Below, piece after piece: positions 40,101-43,707 of a stretch of 43,707 nucleotides of DNA (positions are counted from its first letter, which is position 1; the number at the start of each line of letters is the position of its first letter). The position numbers were made by a program, and so were the translations under genes. The notes under the pieces were generated by a model. It did no database searches. It was given only the letters and a program-made list of their open reading frames with translations, and was not told where the DNA came from. The DNA is taken from the NCBI GenBank assembly GCA_964632485.1, contig CAZWDO010000015.1:62001-105707 (forward strand). The letters run 5' to 3'. Source of the DNA: an uncultured bacterium (GTDB lineage Bacteria > JAGOEH01).

Positions 40101-40391
40101 AGCCTGGGGGTCCAGATCCAGGGTCACTGACGAAATGTTATTATAAGAAAAGGATTTGATCTTTTTGATGCCCGGAATGACAGCCATTTCGCTTTCGATG
40201 AGGGAGGTGACGTTGGCTTCCACCACGGCCGGCGAGGCGCCGCCATAGGAAGTGGTGATCGTCAAACGGGGATAATCCGCGGAAGGCACGATTTCCGTGG
40301 GTAGATTCCAGATGGCGAACAGCCCGGCCAGTGAATAAGCCAGGGCAATGGTCCAGACCGCGATGGGACGTTGAATGACGCTTTCAATCAT
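37116..40391 (-). CDS. RND (AcrB/AcrD/AcrF family) efflux permease
   Basis: 1091 aa; RPIA N-terminus, GASPAVVEANVT, LNLITLAGLALGFGILVDNSIVV, AATLTTIAVLLP, YESFRYP, GIVVNNAI and RIRPILMTSLTTIAGLLP. Confidence 0.96.
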   Translation of the reverse strand: MIESVIQRPIAVWTIALAYSLAGLFAIWNLPTEIVPSADYPRLTITTSYGGASPAVVEANVTSLIESEMAVIPGIKKIKSFSYNNISSVTLDLDPQADVDYTRFVVQEHLGFLRDRFPSQVAPPRITAYVPEQFKTSSFMSYHILGDWDEMRLSEYARKYILPALSGLAGVAGAEIVGGRERQIRIGLRDRELEQYGLNNSVVASALRNAAIEISCGRALQNGSQAGMIIRDYRQSLWELKQLIIARRGAQLIRLDDVAEIIDTISPAGSYTRINHKNTIMLQLEREGGSNTVATADRVEAAIARLKSRFPQGFELLKEDDQSIQIRENLRTFIFRAIFSFFAVFLTLLLFLTHIRAALYVQLSILISTLSALLLIFVFKYSLNLITLAGLALGFGILVDNSIVVTENIFRHRQLGLDALRACAQGTREIIVPLFAATLTTIAVLLPFLYLMDDLKLYYTPFAVTVMTALILSLITAFFFIPATFFAGMRGPRSLKKADTEQFESGRLTRGLHAGYRRGAALALRYPKTTLFIVFWFLGYPLWLIPKSLPEPPANLPLAGIIRDTYNEWMDAEWVNRARPALEHLFGGSMYLFYRYVDRGEIRDWGEETRVDATVRMPMGTDIEETNRILKDMEATISGESGIFQVRGQVYPQYAHMEVRFTEEAQHCSPPFIVKEKLILRATRIGNAVISVQGLGPGFSTGGGGMTMQNRLIVSGYNYHDLDQLCLNIRKALEQYPRVQNVEHNLSRRYYAPPGRQTSLRINREAARERGVDATQLIAELNPYLFTYLYRQKLKLGSDEVNYAMQSENYRTFDFFQLKELPLRYSLEKKARLKELMDVADYAVPREIEREDQRYYRVISFDYLAPWEFTEKFIKGFVNSIALPPGYAITRGSGYSFWHDEDKTAERWRMMLLALLLMYMVLAGLYESFRYPLLVFMIIPVALIGVFLIFYLTDTVFNQAAFIGMVLLLGIVVNNAIIYLDHVRVLRRSGGFSSLEDLLIRAGCDRIRPILMTSLTTIAGLLPMVMPGSGKENDLWYTLSLGAIGGLFSSVLFGLFVLPACLLLIAAWRAKRQPYAMEIPGSKNEQNKFFS

Positions 40392-41622
40392 GGCGCGTGG
40401 TTGCAGGTTCGTTGATGATTTTCACCGGCGCGTCGTGGGCCAGCGCGAAATGGCCGTCCACGATCACCTCTTCACCCACTTTCAGATCAAAGGCCGAGGA
40501 GATCACTTCGATCCACTCATCGTTTTCCAGGCCGGTCTCCACATAACACCAGAAAGCCTTGCCCTCGCGCACCACGAAAACCAATTGACGCTGATCCCGC
40601 ACAATCACCGCCGGCCGTGGCACCCGCATACGATCGGGATAACGGTTCACCGCTACCCGTACCGTACCGAACATACCGTCCCGTAGTTTCCCTCCCCGAT
40701 CAAAAAGATCGGCGAATACATAACAGATGCGGTTATTGCGATCAATCCGCGGATTGATGCCGCTGATACGGGCGCGAAATTCTTCCCCGGGAAAAGCGCT
40801 GAATTGGGCGAATACTTCTTCACCCAGACGGATATGACCGATATCGCTTTCCAATACCTGCAGTTTCAGTCGTAGCTTATTCAGATCGACCAGAGTAAAA
40901 AGCGTTTGACCGGGACTCAGCCAATCCCCGACATGAATCAGACAATCACCGATTGTTCCGTTGAAGGGAGCCCGGACACAACATCCCTCGACATCCAGCA
41001 ATGCCCGCTCGTAACGGGCTTCGGCCGCCGCCAGGCCACTGTTCTGGGCCAGGGCTTCCTCGCGATTGCAGCCGGAGAGTACGCGAGCGGCTTCGTAATC
41101 ACGGGCGATGGGACGAAAAGCGCGCTCATCCATCTCCCCGTTTCGATATGCTGCCCGGGCGGTTTCATAGCGCGCATTCAATAACGAATCGACCTCCCCT
41201 GTTCCGTGCGTCGCCGGTCGATCCCGTTTCAGCAGGGCATAATCGATACGCGCTTTCACCAGATTGCCCTCAGCATCTTTCAATATCGATAAAAACTCGC
41301 GATTGTCCAACCGCAGCAGAACCTGCCCCGAATCCACGGTCATCCCTTCCCTGATCATCAGTTGAATAACCGGCGCGCTGATTCGCGTCTTGATTTCCGC
41401 GCAATTAACCGCTTCAGTAACACCTCCGGCCGAAACGGTTTTCACCAGTTCCCCACGGATAACCGGATGGGCGCGTATGGCGACGGGTTGGATTTCCACC
41501 TGTTGGATTTCCCGTTCATCGTTTGCCGGCCGGTTTTCCCGCGCATGGGAAAACCATAGATATATCCCGCCCAGACCGATTAAAATAACTATGACAATGA
41601 AAACTTTAATCAACTGCCGCAT
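40384..41622 (-). CDS. RND periplasmic adaptor (membrane fusion protein)
   Basis: N-terminal TM helix, lipoyl-like REGMTVDSGQVLLRLD and VRAPFNGTI, helical hairpin, LRDGMFG and VETGLEND. Confidence 0.95.
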   Translation of the reverse strand: MRQLIKVFIVIVILIGLGGIYLWFSHARENRPANDEREIQQVEIQPVAIRAHPVIRGELVKTVSAGGVTEAVNCAEIKTRISAPVIQLMIREGMTVDSGQVLLRLDNREFLSILKDAEGNLVKARIDYALLKRDRPATHGTGEVDSLLNARYETARAAYRNGEMDERAFRPIARDYEAARVLSGCNREEALAQNSGLAAAEARYERALLDVEGCCVRAPFNGTIGDCLIHVGDWLSPGQTLFTLVDLNKLRLKLQVLESDIGHIRLGEEVFAQFSAFPGEEFRARISGINPRIDRNNRICYVFADLFDRGGKLRDGMFGTVRVAVNRYPDRMRVPRPAVIVRDQRQLVFVVREGKAFWCYVETGLENDEWIEVISSAFDLKVGEEVIVDGHFALAHDAPVKIINEPATTRHD

Positions 41623-43656
41623 GATTGGCTCCTTCCCCGGTTGAATCGTTAATCAATAATTGCGAATGATGTTCGTCAATGGATCGTTTATCATCAGAAG
41701 TGAACAATTCATAGAAAACAGGAATCAGAATCAGAGTTAGAAAGGTACCGCTGAAAAGTCCGCCCATGATCACCAGGGCCATGGGATATTGCATCTCCGC
41801 GCCGTGACCGCGCGCCAAGGCCATGGGCAACACCCCCAGCATGGTGGTCAGCGTGGTGATCACAATCGGACGGAACCGTTTGCGACTGGCGTCCAGGATC
41901 GCCTCCCGAACACCCATCCCCTGCCTCCGGTTCTGGTTGATAAAATCGATTTTTATGATATCGTCGTTCACTACAATCCCGGTCAACACCACAAAACCAA
42001 TACCGGAAATAATATTCAGACTGGTTCCGCACAGAGCCAGCGCCCAAATTGCGCCGATCATGCCGTAGGGCACGGAAAACAGAATGAGAAAAGGGTATTT
42101 CAACGATTCGAACTGCGCGGCCAGAATCAGGAAGATTAGCAGAACAGACAGGATGAATGCCCATTTCAGCGATTGAAAAGAAGAGTCGATTTCCTGCTGT
42201 TCACCGCCGGAAATTATGCGTACACCGGATGGGATAGCTAAGGAAGCGAGGCGTCGATTGATGCGTCGCATAGCTTCGGCGCGCGATATATTATCCAGAC
42301 TGGCGTATAGCCGGATCGTTTCCTGCTGGTCTTGACGCAGGATATGTTCGGGCGCCTGCGTTTGGCGGATATGGATCAGTTCCCGCAGGGGAACGGGCAT
42401 CTGGTTGACTATTAGGAATCGCTGATATAAATCGCGCCAACTGTCGCGCCACTCAAGGGAGGGCCGTACCAGAATATCGATAGCGCGGTCCATTTCACGC
42501 ATCCGGGTGGCGACCAATCCCTCGCTTGCGGATTGCAGGAGTTGTGTGATGCGGGCCGGATCGATATCCATCATAGCCGCGCGCTCACGGTCAATCGAAA
42601 TCTCGTATTGCGAAATCCCCGGCAGATAGGAAAGACGCGCGTCGCGGCACCAGTCGAATTCCTTGAGGGAGGATAGCGCGGTCTGCGCCACGGAAAGAAT
42701 TTCCCGAGAATCGGTTCCACTGATATCGAGCTGCAGGTCGCGCCCCACAGCGCCCACCATTTCCATGAAAGTGGGATCCCCGCTTTGGAACCAGGAGCGG
42801 TACTCATAGTGCCGTGGTAATAAAGCGCGTAAACGGGCGATATACGCTTCATTGGAGATATCGACACCGGGTCGGCGGCGAATAAAGAGTACCGCCTGAT
42901 GTTCGCCCGTGATTTCATCCGTCTGCAAAGCGCTTTCCAGCGGCCCGATCCGGCTGAAAACTGAAACAACAGTCGGTTCAGTTAATAGCTGCGTCTCAAT
43001 GGCCCGCGCGGTTTCCGCAGTCTGAGTTACAGTGGCATCTACCGGCAATTCCAGATAGAGCCGAAATTCATCCTGAGTGAATGATGGCAGCAGGCGCCGC
43101 GCCAATTGCCACCCCAACCCCAGGGTAAGGACAAACAGAGCGACCAGTAGCAGCAGGGTTTCTTTTTTACGCGCCAGGCATAGTAACAGGAGTTCATGAT
43201 ACTGATCGTAAATCCATTCAAAACCGACATTGAAGCGGCTGAAAACAAAACCGGTCAGACGCTTGTATACTCTTTGAACCGGCAGAAGCAGTCGGTAAAC
43301 GAATTGATTGTTGAATATGGGAATATGGAAAAAACTTCGGTCGGATCTATATTTTTTCTTTTGGCCGATGGGTCCGGTGATCGGCAGTGTCAGGTCCTGA
43401 AACGATTGTCGGCCTTTAAATCGGCTGGCCAGTACGGGTAGCAGCAGCAACGCCGTCAGAATTGAGGTCAGCAGGGAAAAAGTCAGGGTCAGCGAATAAT
43501 CGCGGAACAGGCGCCCAGCCACGCCTTGCACGTAGATCACGGGCAGAAATACCGCGCAGGTAGTAAAGGTCGAGGCGAAGATCGGCAGAGCTACTTCGCG
43601 CGCGCCCTGATGCGATGAAACAATCAAATCCAGCCCTTCCTCACGCAATCTGAAAC
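41606..43656 (-). pseudogene. Second RND permease, 5'-truncated (roughly the first 400 codons missing from the window)
   Basis: RND homology starts abruptly at FRLREEG...GAREVALPIFASTFTTCAVFLP, just after TM4, and continues through QFESLKYP and RFRPIVITTLTTMLGVLP. Upstream sequence is non-RND with an in-frame TAA inside the window. Confidence 0.8.
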
Positions 43657-43707
43657 GGATCTTCCAAGCTCGAAATGGGGTCAACTTGTTTTAAGTCAAT
43701 TTATTAA
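43657..43707. mobile_element. Possible insertion-sequence terminus interrupting the RND gene
   Basis: Junction begins GGATCTTCC, resembling GG(C/T)TCTT ISL3-type ends. It coincides with loss of RND coding and with the end of the window. No transposase is visible. Confidence 0.4.

Noticed and set aside
1-43707. tRNA, rRNA or riboswitch genes
   Set aside because: No cloverleaf, rRNA or recognisable riboswitch pattern was seen in the short intergenic regions; an Infernal/Rfam scan would be needed to exclude them formally.

Overview
Bacterial chromosomal scaffold with four N-gaps, probably a metagenome-assembled uncultured diderm. An FCB-superphylum affinity is inferred from gene types, but promoters are canonical sigma70 and many genes have Shine-Dalgarno sites. 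Bases 1-31,000 are mostly housekeeping: aspS; miaB-cmk-plsC-ispH-rpsA; C1B peptidase; hslUV; uvrB; xerD; MBL hydrolase; uvrC; HATPase-HDOD; cyclophilin-FKBP; dipeptidase; Nif3; DUF4301; aminotransferase; prmC-prfA-rpmE; two lipoproteins; pyrK-pyrD. A cluster of palindromic repeats at about 31.0-31.2 kb marks the start of a compositionally mosaic, all-minus-strand accessory locus (31.3-43.7 kb). It encodes a signal-peptide-bearing 7-Cys micropeptide, two 6-bladed beta-propeller lipoproteins, a Cys-rich thioredoxin-like protein, a polytopic GT-C-like membrane protein, an M23 peptidase, two RND permeases and an MFP. This is the best candidate for an undescribed peptide maturation/export system. 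Other anomalies: an HATPase-HDOD gene broken exactly at an in-frame T_TTA_AAC heptamer, a uvrC that gap-closing alone does not repair, and an RND gene cut by an IS-like end at the window edge. All family calls are from motif recognition; no searches were run.
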